Position numbers and translations under genes: made by a program. From Octopus bimaculoides (Eukaryota), in contig NC_068989.1 in assembly GCF_001194135.2 (NCBI RefSeq), forward strand, positions 6,623,569 through 6,687,568: a stretch of DNA of 64,000 nt, read 5' to 3'. Each line of letters begins with the position of its first letter. The stretch's first letter is position 1. Shown piece after piece: positions 13,555 through 25,301 of the stretch. The notes beneath the pieces are model-generated. The model saw only the letters and a program-made list of their open reading frames with translations, made no database searches and was not told where the DNA came from.

Positions 13555-14290
13555 ATGAACAACAATAACATCTCCACAACAAATGCCATCTCCACCAGTA
13601 GTGCTGAAATGCGTGCAAGCAAATCCTCAGAAATAACTGCTAGGATTATGAATAACATTGGCAGTACCAACACCACAACCACCACCGCCCCTGTCTCCAC
13701 AACCGCCCCTGCCTTCACCACCGCCCCTGCCTCCACCACCGCCCCTGCCTCCACCACCGCCACCACCCAAAGCAACATTTTTGTCGCCACTGACTCCCCC
13801 GTGGAAAACAGGACATCTTTTGTGAACTCCAAAAAGTCATGAGTCAGAATTTTTTCTCAATAAATACGCTAGCAGGGAAACCAAGAGTGCTGCGAAGCGG
13901 ATTCTCTTCCAGCAGAGACCGAAAAATGTATGAAAGATGTGTGAGATTCCACATGGCAAATCAGAGAATAAAGGCAATACAATATGGGTTGGATTTAGTT
14001 TTATGCTTCGATGAAGAGGAGAGCAAGAAAGTAGTTAGATTCACATGCTCCTCCTTTGGGTATTCAATAAAGCCAGTTAATACGAGGTGGCATATAGCCA
14101 AAATGGTGCTCAACAATGTGGCTTGAGAAGGACTTAATTATTTGATAATAATCACGAAGAGGCATTGTGTAATTGTAAACCCAAAGCCAGAACTCTTCAG
14201 AGCTCAAAGTAGTAATGCAGATTCTACCAATCTAAGCTCCCCATCATCATTTATTTGAAGAGTATGGACGTGGTTAATATTTTGATACAG
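13555..14290 (+). pseudogene. Decayed ORF with Thr/Ala-rich N-terminus followed by a possible non-LTR ORF1-like domain
   Basis: Overlapping 95-aa ORFs 13555-13842 and 13839-14126. The second frame is open from ~13793 and continues past one TGA to ~14280. Composition differs from the flanks. Family assignment is only a weak by-eye impression. Confidence 0.35.
13681..13761 (+). repeat. 18-bp tandem repeat ACCACCGCCCCTGCCTCC x4.5 (TTAPAS)
   Basis: Directly visible; no spacers. Confidence 0.95.
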
Positions 14291-14564
14291 GGTAGGTTCT
14301 CAAAACCTCGGCAAGTAAAGCCTGCCTCATAATTGGGTCATCTCCACTTATCAACACGAAGGAGTGCTCAAACGGCACACAATCACCAACATGCACCAAC
14401 AACCCGTCAAAGATTAGAAGGAAGAAGAGTTAGGAGCATAGCATACCACGACCTCTTAAGTGGCATGAGAGAAAATAACACTGCTATCTAGGTCACTGGT
14501 TGTTCCATTTTTTAAATTCCTGTGACCATTACAAGAACCACAGTAGCAAGAACAACAATAATAA

Positions 14565-14778
14565 TCCTTTCTGCTAAAGGCACAAGGCCTAAAATTTTTG
14601 TGGGAGGGATACAGTCGATTACATCGAAACCAGTGATCAACTGGTAATTTCAACGATCCCGAAAGCATGAAAGGTAAAAATCGACCTTGGTGGGATTTGA
14701 ACTCAAAGCGTAAAGACGGACGAAATACCGCTAAGCATTTTGCCCGACATGCTAATGAATCTGCCAGCTCACCGCTTT
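14565..14778 (-). mobile_element. SINE A
   Basis: Full monomer with TAA flanks. Confidence 0.92.
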
Positions 14779-14790
14779 AATAATAATAAT

Positions 14791-14892
14791 GCATGGAACA
14801 ATTAGGGGCTGCAATAAGGGTGGAATACTTGCAGAAAACAGTACTGCTTGGAACTGCTCGAATACTCTGGATGGTGCTCGAAAAACAAGGGG
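14791..14892 (+). mobile_element. R4/Dong-like LINE extreme 3' coding fragment
   Basis: MEQLGAAIRVEYLQKTVLLGTARILWMVLE directly after a short (TAA)n tract. Same C-terminal motif as the 19.9-kb and 52.4-kb copies. Confidence 0.8.
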
Positions 14893-14992
14893 CGAAGTCG
14901 ACCTCGGCGGAATTTGAACTCAGAAGGTAGCAGCAGACGAAATACCGCTAAACATTTCGCCCGGCGTCCTAACGATTCTGCCATCTCGCCGC
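14893..14992 (-). mobile_element. SINE A, head only
   Basis: AAGTCGACCTCGGCGGAATTTGAACTC...CTCGCCGCC. Confidence 0.9.
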
Positions 14993-17344
14993 CCTACGTC
15001 ATTAATAAACTGACACCAGAAGAATTCAGCAATCTATCTATCTATCTATCTATATAATTATTACAAATTAAAAGGGTAAAGGATTATCAATTTATTAATT
15101 AATAAATCAATTAACAATTAACAATTTTTACCAAGCCCATCGGTATGAAAGCACCATTATTGGTGGAGAACTTATTTAAAAGCTCATATATATTTATAAA
15201 TATAATTAAGGGATCAGCAAATATTTGCTTCACCATATACCGAAGTTCAGAAATAGCAGCTAGAAAGCTGAGAATCCCACAGATAGCATCACTTGTAACT
15301 CACAAAGGCAAAAACAAGAAGAAAAAACAATGAAAACTAACCAATTCCGATGTTTAACAGTAGACGCNNNNNNNNNNNNNNNNNNNNNNNNNNNNNNNNN
15401 NNNNNNNNNNNNNNNNNNNNNNNNNNNNNNNNNNNNNNNNNNNNNNNNNNNNNNNNNNNNNNNNNNNNNNNNNNNNNNNNNNNNNNNNNNNNNNNNNNNN
15501 NNNNNNNNNNNNNNNNNNNNNNNNNNNNNNNNNNNNNNNNNNNNNNNNNNNNNNNNNNNNNNNNNNNNNNNNNNNNNNNNNNNNNNNNNNNNNNNNNNNN
15601 NNNNNNNNNNNNNNNNNNNNNNNNNNNNNNNNNNNNNNNNNNNNNNNNNNNNNNNNNNNNNNNNNNNNNNNNNNNNNNNNNNNNNNNNNNNNNNNNNNNN
15701 NNNNNNNNNNNNNNNNNNNNNNNNNNNNNNNNNNNNNNNNNNNNNNNNNNNNNNNNNNNNNNNNNNNNNNNNNNNNNNNNNNNNNNNNNNNNNNNNNNNN
15801 NNNNNNNNNNNNNNNNNNNNNNNNNNNNNNNNNNNNNNNNNNNNNNNNNNNNNNNNNNNNNNNNNNNNNNNNNNNNNNNNNNNNNTATATATATATATAT
15901 ATATAGTTAGATAGATAGATAGATAGATAGATATATATTAAAATGGGCATATACACATTATTTAAATAGAGGCTTACGTTTCCATGAGGGATGTGTAATC
16001 TAAAATACAGCAACGCTTTCATCAACAGCCAAAGAAAAACTAGAAGGGAAATATATCGAGTTTTATAAAGATCGCTGTTGGCGAACATTCGACTCAGCGT
16101 GAATGTATCAGGAGCAATCGAATTGTTGTAAATTCAAATATAGTTTCTCTAATTGTAAGCCTGCTTCCGCCTTCGGAATTTAACCGTGAAATTTAAAATC
16201 CAGATTGGGACTATCATAAATATCCGATTTCATACGTACTTGTATTTATCTCCTGGCATAAAACTGCGTGTTGGTTTACGTTGAGATGTTACACAAAGGT
16301 TAGCATTACTGAAGCCAATAGATAAAAACATGTAATACTCTTTCGTATTTCGAACCCAGTAATTATCTGATACTTATGGTGTGCATTCCCGGAGGATTGA
16401 AAAGCAGAGGAAACTCAAGAGGGCAGAATCTACTCATAACGTAAAGATACGCAATTAAACGTCTCAAAGGCATTTGTATCAGCGCTCTACCGACTTTTCC
16501 AAATAATGTTTCAAGAATATTTTTATTGAAATAGATGAAAGTGATGATGAGGTTATTTGTAACTGAGAAACGGAGTCCGAAGAACAACTATCAACTCCCA
16601 TAGATAATGTCACCGAAATACCATAAAATAAAATTGTCAATGTAAACTATGCGGCGAATAAGTGGTTATATTTGATAAAGAGAACGCTTCAAACTTGCTC
16701 AGAAATGACATAAGGAAAAACACCACGATAATATTACACGAGGTGTCCCTGGAGTGTTGTGTGAAATAACATTAGACATGTAGTAAAATAATGCCGTATA
16801 ACAGAATCTGAAATCATAAAATTTCTTTACGATTACAGCATCGAACGTGGCCGTTTAAGAGAAAGTACTCGTAAAATACCAGGAAATATTCTAGCGCACA
16901 AGAATGGAAGAGTGTGCAATATTGCAGAATCTGCAGTCCAACATACAAGAATTTGGGGTAAGAAATAAGTAAATTTTTATGATTATTATGATATTCAGCG
17001 TGAAATTACAACTGTGTAAGCATTAAATAGCTATTACTAATAAAGTTAGACTCCCTGGGAATTGTTATCTCATTAGTTACACGAATAATTATCTACTCTG
17101 GGAATTAAGTGAGAGACCTAATTAAAATAATTAAATCAGAAAATTAAGATATAGTAAATAGCAAATATAATACGGACAGCCTCTAAAATGTGTTTCGTAA
17201 GAAACAGATGCGAAATCTTGAAGTGAGTTTAAGATTAAATGTCGGAATTTGATACTAATTTTTATAATTGTGGCCTAAGAGGGGAAACTTCCTGAGTTCC
17301 TTGGTAACTAGTAGAGCTAATGGACAAATCTTCCTTCCTTTTCT

Positions 17345-17545
17345 TTTATTTTTCACTTGCTTCAGTCATTGGACTGCGACCATGCTGGAGCGCTGCATTT
17401 AAGGGCTTAGTTGGACAAATTACCTCCAGCAATTACAATTTAAGTCTGTTACATATTCTGACGGTCTCGCTATGTTTCACGGAAGTAAACAATCCAACAC
17501 CGGTTGTAAAGCAATGGTGGGGACAAGTATAAACACAACCCCGCC
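17345..17545 (-). mobile_element. SINE B, 3' half
   Basis: Tail and body match 18750-18958. Confidence 0.85.
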
Positions 17546-17569
17546 CCAATATACATATATACGTACGCA

Positions 17570-17705
17570 ACTGATACTTAATTTATCGACCCCGAGAGAA
17601 TGAAAGGCAAAGTCGACCTCGGTGGAATTTGATCTCAGAACGTAAAGACAGGCAAAAAGCCGCTAAGCATTTCGCCCGGCGTGCTAACGTTTCTGCCAGC
17701 TCGCT
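17570..17705 (-). mobile_element. SINE A, 5' part
   Basis: Core and head. Confidence 0.92.
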
Positions 17706-17949
17706 GCTTTGTGGTTATAGTCGATATTGTTTGAGTAGCCTTTTCATTGTTACTGTTGTGAAATTTATTGTAATTGTGATAAGAATTACTGTTGATACTC
17801 TATTTGTGACTCTTTGTGCAGTCATTATTCAGTTGTTTGTCGTAGAAACCTGTCAACTTCCTGCATCTACTGCTACTATTAGCAACCATTTTAACATTGT
17901 GTTTCCTACCATTGGTCTCAATATATTTACTATCGCGGAAATATCTTAA

Positions 17950-18400
17950 ATGATGTATGACGAAATATTCATAAACCCTAAACACCTTAATTATTCCGTT
18001 GTCTCTCAAGAGGGTCATTATCCCAATAAAAACACGCGCACTAGTTCTCTTTTACTTTTTTTAATTATTTATTAGTCAATTAGTGAAATTTCACCAAGTC
18101 AAGAATCAGTTGTTTACTTAATCCTTTGGATAATCAATCATCTAGGTTGGTCAAAATCCTTTCGTCGCCTTTTGTAATCTCCTCAATGATAATCCCCCCT
18201 CAGCTACAGGTCTCTTAGAACAATTAAAGAAGCAACCGATTAGTTAATTGGTTAAAAGGTTGATAATAATAAAAGTAGTGACATAGAACCAGCGCACGTG
18301 TTTTTACTAATATAATGACCCTCCAGAGATACAACAAAATCTGATTCAACATGCGAGTGCACATCAAGAATCTCGCAAACCTAATGCAAAAACGAAACCT
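17950..18400. repeat. Long imperfect palindrome, family copy 2
   Basis: GAGGGTCAT (18010-18018) and ATGACCCTC (18315-18323) with flanking inverted repeat. Interior and flanks align by eye with the 8.2-kb copy. Confidence 0.75.
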
Positions 18401-18411
18401 TCGTTTTCCAG

Positions 18412-19100
18412 ATATTGATAATCAGGGTTGCAGCAAACACCACATTTACGCAGCAACACAGCCAGAATATATAATTATTTGTGTGTTTCTCTGCAGATTA
18501 ATACGTATCTTCAGATCTACTCCTTCATTTGCAATGCTGTGTATAGGCGTAGGAGTGGCTGTGTGGTAAGTAGCTTGCTTACGAACCACATGGTTCCGGG
18601 TTGATTCCCACTGCGTGGCACCTTGGGCAAGTGTCTTTTACTAAAGCCTCGGACCGACCAAAGCCTTGTGAGCGGATTTGGTAGACAGAAACTGAAAGAA
18701 GCCCGTCGTATATATATGTATATATATATATTTATATGTGAGTGTGTCTGTGTTTGTCCCCCCAACATCGCTTGACAACCGATGCTGGTGTATTTACGTC
18801 TCCGTAACTTAGCGGTTCGGCAAAAGAGACCGATAGGATAAGTAGTAGGCTTACAAAGAATAAGTCCTGGGGTCGATTTGCTCGACTAAAGGTGGTGCTC
18901 CATCATGGCCACAGTCAAATGACTGAAACAAGTAAAATGAGTAAAAGAGTAAAGAGTATATAACAACCAAAATATTGATAACCAGAGTTGCACCAAACAC
19001 CACATTTACGCAGCAACACAGCCAGAATATATAATTATTTGTGTGTTTCTCTGCAGATTAATACGTATCTTCAGATCTACTTCTTCATTTGCAATGCTGT
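18412..19100 (+). repeat. 129-bp direct repeat (18412-18540 / 18972-19100) flanking a SINE
   Basis: Direct comparison shows 4 mismatches in 129 bp. Confidence 0.95.
18546..18958 (+). mobile_element. SINE B, full length, with (AAAAGAGT)-like tail
   Basis: tRNA-like head GGCGTAGGAGTGGCTGTGTGGTAAG, GGCACCTTGGGCAAGTGTC box, internal (TA)n, repeated tail. Confidence 0.95.
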
Positions 19101-19481
19101 ATATTAACATTCTATTTACAGAATAGTTGTTTGGCAAGAAGTTCTAAATTCCTTGGCGTTTTAGAATTGAGAGAAAGATTATAATTCTTTCCGGTTTATT
19201 TGTCTCCATTTTAATATTAATCTCTCTTCGTTGTAAAACATCATCGATAACAACATTGGGAATTAGTATTAACCGTAATCCTGCTTGCAGATAGAACTAA
19301 TTATTTTTACTGCACTGCATTTGCGTTCTTGCTACGTCTTCTGTGATGATTCTGTTGTTATTGATGAGGAAGCTGCAGCTGCCGAGTTTGATAATGATGA
19401 CGATGACAATGACAACCACAATTGCAGCAGCAAAGGTGATGATGATGATGATAATAATAATAATAATAATAATAATAATAG

Positions 19482-20003
19482 AGTTCTGTAGAAATCACGG
19501 CCTACAAAGAGCAAAGACGTGGTATGAGCAAACCCCAGAAAGAGCCACCGACAATAAGAATTGCAAACGCTTGTGGGATGCAATGATCCATTGCGGTCAC
19601 CTGACCAGACATCGGTTACCGGACATTCTTGTGGTGAATAAAAAACAAAGAAGTTGCATGATAATCGATATAGCATGCCCAGGTGACAACAAGATCAATG
19701 TGAAAGAAGAAAAAATAAACAACTATGACGATTTGAAGCTGGTAATACGAAGGTTGTGGTCAGTGAAGAGAGTAGACAAGATGCCAATAGTAATTGGTGC
19801 ACTTGCGGGTATCAGCACTCAACTGCCAACATAGCTGAAAAGGATTGGTGCAAGTGTGAAGGTAAGAACACCTACAAAAATCAGCAGTGCTTAGAACTGC
19901 AGGATTCTTGAAGCATGACCAGTAAACAAGTGTCACTTTAGTCTGCTGGCTGCGGACAGCTGACACTTTCCATCTTACCCAGCAAAATAAGCTGAGAGTT
20001 TTC

Positions 20004-20005
<2 letters not shown>
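19482..20005 (+). mobile_element. 5'-truncated R4/Dong-like non-LTR retrotransposon (REL endonuclease + 3' UTR) inserted in (TAA)n
   Basis: Translates to EFCRNHGL..WYEQTPE..LWD....RHRLPDILVVNKKQRSCMIIDIACPGD..KINNYDDLK..IRRLWS..IVIGALAG and, after a frameshift, EHLQKSAVL.TA. Has the PD-(x)n-D REL motif. (TAA)n flanks both ends. Confidence 0.9.
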
Positions 20006-20034
<29 letters not shown>

Positions 20035-20039
20035 TTTGT

Positions 20040-20315
20040 CAAAGTGACAAAACCCAGCATGAAAACAGAACTACAAGACATACAAAAGAAAAAAAACGGA
20101 GAGAAAAGTCACAGAGAAGAAATGAGTCGAAGAGAAAACCAACCATGGCTCAAGAGTTCCGGACTAAAAGCTGAAACAGAAGGACTGATTTCGCTGCCCA
20201 AGACCAATGCCTAACTACAAACAACTGTAAAAGCAAAATAATGAAAACAGGCTCTAACACTAAATGCAGAATGTGCAATCAGCACAATGAGACAGTTAGC
20301 CACATCATCTCAGGC
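20040..20315 (+). mobile_element. R4/Dong-like LINE fragment (pre-endonuclease zinc-knuckle region)
   Basis: WLKSSGLKAETEGLI/(frameshift)AAQDQCLTTNNCKSKIMKTGSNTKCRMCNQHNETVSHIISG. Starts just after (TAA)n and is cut by a SINE at 20316. Confidence 0.88.
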
Positions 20316-20515
20316 TTTCAGCACAAGGCCTGAAATTTGAAGGGAGGGGGCTAGTCCGTTTCAGCGACTCCAGTGTTTCACTGATACTTGATTTATCGAC
20401 CCTGAAATGATGAAAGGCAAAGTTGACCACGGCGGAATTTGAACTCCGAACATAAGGACGAACGAAAAGCCGCTAAGCATTTGCACTGCGCGCTAACGAT
20501 TCAGCCAGCTAGCCT
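20316..20515 (-). mobile_element. SINE A
   Basis: Full monomer truncating a LINE fragment. Confidence 0.9.
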
Positions 20516-21689
20516 CATCATAATAATAATAATAACAATACTTATTCTAAGCATTTCTGTTCTCTTTGAATCCTTCCGTTGACCTTAATTCCTTCTATGT
20601 ATGCTTTTCATTGAGCAGTATCGCTCATATTCTTTAAGTAACGAACATTATTCATGTTCTCCAAGACGTACTTGATTTTCGTTCCAATTGTTCTCTTTCT
20701 CAAAGCATGACTAAGTTGATTATCGTTTTTTTTTTTTTCAGAATACTCGAAGTGCACCAACCAGCAGCGATAATGACATTGATTGCATTGCTAAGTGCAA
20801 TAAAAAGGCTGGAGTGGATCGAAGTCTCCCTCCGTGCATGTTTATCAGGGAAGGCACTGAGTGGTAGCATTCCCCCGGGCGTATGGCAGAATATTTGCCC
20901 CCCGGGGTATGGCCGCATTGTGATGAGAACAAACGATGCATCTAATCCCTAGCGGTTGTGATCGGTTCCGTAATGAATGAAAACCCNNNNNNNNNNNNNN
21001 NNNNNNNNNNNNNNNNNNNNNNNNNNNNNNNNNNNNNNNNNNNNNNNNNNNNNNNNNNNNNNNNNNNNNNNNNNNNNNNNNNNNNNNNNNNNNNNNNNNN
21101 NNNNNNNNNNNNNNNNNNNNNNNNNNNNNNNNNNNNNNNNNNNNNNNNNNNNNNNNNNNNNNNNNNNNNNNNNNNNNNNNNNNNNNNNNNNNNNNNNNNN
21201 NNNNNNNNNNNNNNNNNNNNNNNNNNNNNNNNNNNNNNNNNNNNNNNNNNNNNNNNNNNNNNNNNNNNNNNNNNNNNNNNNNNNNNNNNNNNNNNNNNNN
21301 NNNNNNNNNNNNNNNNNNNNNNNNNNNNNNNNNNNNNNNNNNNNNNNNNNNNNNNNNNNNNNNNNNNNNNNNNNNNNNNNNNNNNNNNNNNNNNNNNNNN
21401 NNNNNNNNNNNNNNNNNNNNNNNNNNNNNNNNNNNNNNNNNNNNNNNNNNNNNNNNNNNNNNNNNNNNNNNNNNNNNNNNNNNNNNNNNNNNNNNNNNNN
21501 NNNNNNNNNNNNNNNNNNNNNNNNNNNNNNNNNNNNNNNNNNNNNNNNNNNNNNNNNNNNNNNNNNNNNNNNNNNNNNNNNNNNNNATATATATACAAGA
21601 GATAAAATAAAACTTAGCAGAACCTCATCCAATTCGATGACGTAGTTCTCCGGTGGTTAACCGACAACAGCGATAGAATTCTCCGAACG

Positions 21690-21960
21690 AACATAAATTG
21701 TCTTTTATCTATATTATTGCACTTCATTAAAAACTAGAGAAAAAATAAAGGAGAGAGAACATAAAGAAGCAATAGAAATAGAAGACAAGATTGCAAATGC
21801 CATTTGCCAATATTCCATTTGTATATTAAGAGAGAGAATACAAAGAAAATCCATATACGTATATTATGATACAAGTGTTATATCAAGGGCATAAGCGGCT
21901 TTGATAGCAAATGATATTATATTACAAATATTCCAAATAGTGCTGGATATAAATTCAACC
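21690..21960 (+). mobile_element. Probable PLE GIY-YIG endonuclease C-terminal relic
   Basis: KTREKIKEREHKEAIEIEDKIANAICQY...(E)AALIAN / [11 protein letters not shown] resembles the R..EH...A+A.H...E.ALI...N...GY tail of the PLE endonuclease. Confidence 0.5.
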
Positions 21961-22010
21961 GGTATATGCATATATATAGGTATATGTATGTACATATGTG
22001 TGTGGGGGTG

Positions 22011-22042
<32 letters not shown>

Positions 22043-22149
22043 TACATATATATACACACATAGATATGTATATATGTACATATATATATACACATATATA
22101 CACATACATAGATATGTATATATATACACATATATACACATATATACAG

Positions 22150-22214
<65 letters not shown>

Positions 22215-22242
22215 TTCACATATATATATAACTATGTCAACA

Positions 22243-22271
22243 GCCCGGATACCTATTGATCAGCCCTCGTA
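22243..22271 (-). mobile_element. Possible solitary Tc1/mariner terminal inverted repeat
   Basis: Reverse complement TACGAGGGCTGATCAATAGGTATCCGGGC resembles mariner-type TA-CGAGGG termini. No partner TIR seen. Confidence 0.4.
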
Positions 22272-23658
22272 CACTTTCCCTAAAAGTCATTAGATCATAC
22301 GCTCGCGCAGTATCATATGTTGCCATTGGATGTTGTGGCATTACAGAGTACAGCCTTTGAGAGGTGGGATACACCCCAGTCGTCAGTTGGTAGGACTTCG
22401 GGATTTACTGGTTGAGCTGTGAATTGGTGATTGTGTAGGCGTGTGACATTTCAAGCTATTTTTTTCAAGCAGAAATATCTGGCCTTAACTTTGTGGGAAC
22501 TGAAGAGTTTATGATACCTATAGGATCTCGAGCACACTTTTAAATAGCGGCAGGAAGTTCCTACTTATTTTCATTGAAACGTCAAGATTGCATGGGGGAT
22601 TGAACCAAATTATCTTTGTCTTTCACGCTCGCAACGGATTCGGATGTCTGGGAGTCACCCAACTACAGAACTAGATCAAATGATTCGCTATATGGGCTTA
22701 CATATATAAATGAACACACGTTTCCAACAATAAATGCCCCTAGTAGAGATTCAATCCCTCAAATGTTAGTCGAGATTTGGCTCCTTCATTTGGTAGTATG
22801 TGAAAGACTCATCAGACAAAGACACAGTAGCTGTCTTTTGGCCTTTCTTTCTCTATTTATTTTACATTCCTCTTTCTCTCTCTCTCTCTCTCTCTCCCAC
22901 GCTTTCTCTGCATATAATATATGTGTACGTACACACACACATGCATAGCTACATGCACACATACACGCACGTATATATTCAAACGGAATAGTATCAAGAG
23001 TGCTGTAGATGAGGAAATGTTTGCAATATCAAACATGCAAGTAATTTCTGAAATAATTTCTTTAATTAAACGACGCCTAGCTTCAATTAACTGTACTAAT
23101 GAATGCTCTGTTTAAATTATGGTCAGGTCGCAACTAATTTGATACATTAAATGTATCTCATTGAAATTATGACGTATGTAAATGCTGAATGAGACATACT
23201 GAATTGTGTATGACCTTAGGTTATAAGGCCTGTGTCCAGTGTTTCATGGAATGGAGAGTCAGAATTTGCCAATCAGCTGTTACTTCGAGCAGACTGAGAA
23301 AGAGGGAGAGAGAGAGAGAGAGAGAGGGAGAGAGGGAGAGAGAGAGGGAGAGAGAGAGAGAGAGAGAGAGAGGAAGAGAGAAAAATTTTGTGTCAGCCAA
23401 CAGGTTGTATTATGGGTGATCAAAATTATCAGTCTATCTATCGATCTAACTATGTAACTCCTTCTCCCCCACTCTCTCTCTCCCCCACTCTCTCTCTCCC
23501 CCACATATATACACATATATATATTGTACACTTATATTTATGTATATGCGTATTGTACATTTATATATAAATATATATATAAATGTGCATATATATATAT
23601 ATATAAATGTGCATATATATATAAATGTGCATATATATATATATATATATAAATGTGC

Positions 23659-23694
<36 letters not shown>

Positions 23695-23822
23695 ACGTTC
23701 GAAGATACACATTCCTATATCTATATCTGTAAATATTTCAGTATATGTAAGTCTGTTTGTATGCATGTGTATACTTACAAACATATATATATATACATAT
23801 ATATATATATACATACACACGC

Positions 23823-23855
<33 letters not shown>

Positions 23856-24172
23856 CATGTATGTATATATATATATATATACACATATATATCGTGCGTA
23901 GATGTTTCCGTGCCACAGCTTATCTCAGGCTATCAGTCTATTTAATCAATCTATTCATCTATATACTTCCTTTCTTTTATTTTTTTTACAGTCTTTCCTT
24001 GTATGCTTCCGACACTTTCTCTCTGATTCTCTATTTGTGTGTATACATATGTATGTGTGTGCGTATATGTACATATATATATGTATATATATATATATAT
24101 ATATACACATATATATACATACATGTATATGTATGTGTGTACACATTTACATACATATCTCTATTCCCCCTC

Positions 24173-24206
<34 letters not shown>

Positions 24207-25109
24207 CGTCGGTGTTTGCGTGCTTTGTATATATACTTGTGCGTATATGTGTGTATGTGAGTGTCTGTGCACATACATCCCACGCATAAAACACACACAC
24301 ACACACGTATACAGTGCACTCACGCAAGATATTCACAACCGTATATACACACAAAATTATGTACAGGGGAGAGAGTGAGATAGAAATGTCGGCCGATCTT
24401 CATGAATACCAACCTACCAGTCTACTTCCCTCCCTAACCACCTACATACATACATACGTACATACATACATACGTACATACATACATACATACATATGTG
24501 CGTGCATGCATAATATCTACATACACACATAATTGATACATCATAAGAATTTCGACCAAATAAGATTTGGCCGAAACAGTTATATAAAAATAGGAACATT
24601 GACCTCTAAGAACGCTGGTCTCTTCAGAATGTATATCATAGGCATTGAGACAGGAAGCGAAATTCATTAAAACTACCAGCCATTAAATTCATTGATAACA
24701 AAATATGCGATATGAAAGCCATTCGTATTAAAATCATTGATACGAAAATTCAATGATATTAAAAGCAACTATGCTGATTGATAATAATTGATCTTCTGTT
24801 AGAGAAAGCACTGATTTTCTTCACAGTTTTGACATGTTAATTATTGGTGTCATCTTCCTGACCTCTATTGATATTGTACAAATATGTAAGATGATGCTAT
24901 TCTCAGGACGAAGCCTCGAATGCTTTCTCATACTGTTACGATCTATATATTTCAGGCATTGTTTGAATAAGAAAAATCGTGTGCAAGCGAAAGTAAGTGA
25001 GATGGATCTGATGCCTCTCCGAGTTATGCTTACGCTACGTTGCAAAATTTGACGTAGGTAGAGAATCTCTCATTAATTGCTTCACACAGTAGTGAACAGC
25101 ACGAGACCA

Positions 25110-25301
25110 TTGTTTCTGTTGTACCTGTGTTTCAAAGAGGCCAGCCTTGTCACACTGTGTCACGCTGAATATCCCCGAGAACTACGTCAAGGGTACACGT
25201 GTCTGTGGAGTGCTCAGCCACTTGCACGTTAATTTCACGAGCAGACTGTTCCGTTGATCGGATCAACTGGAACCCTCGTCGTCGTAACCGACGGAGTGCC
25301 A
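25110..25301 (+). mobile_element. SINE family C, 3' part
   Basis: TCAAAG.GGCCAGCCTTGTCAC...CGTCGTCGTAACCGACGGAGTGCCA shared with 30356 and 33402. Confidence 0.9.

Noticed and set aside
13681-13761. Regular repeat as a CRISPR-like array
   Set aside because: Contiguous 18-bp units with no spacers; eukaryotic context; no cas genes.
16360-16950. Acidic, stop-riddled frame suggestive of a piggyBac N-terminus
   Set aside because: No catalytic motifs, TTAA or TIRs found; the resemblance is too weak without a profile search.
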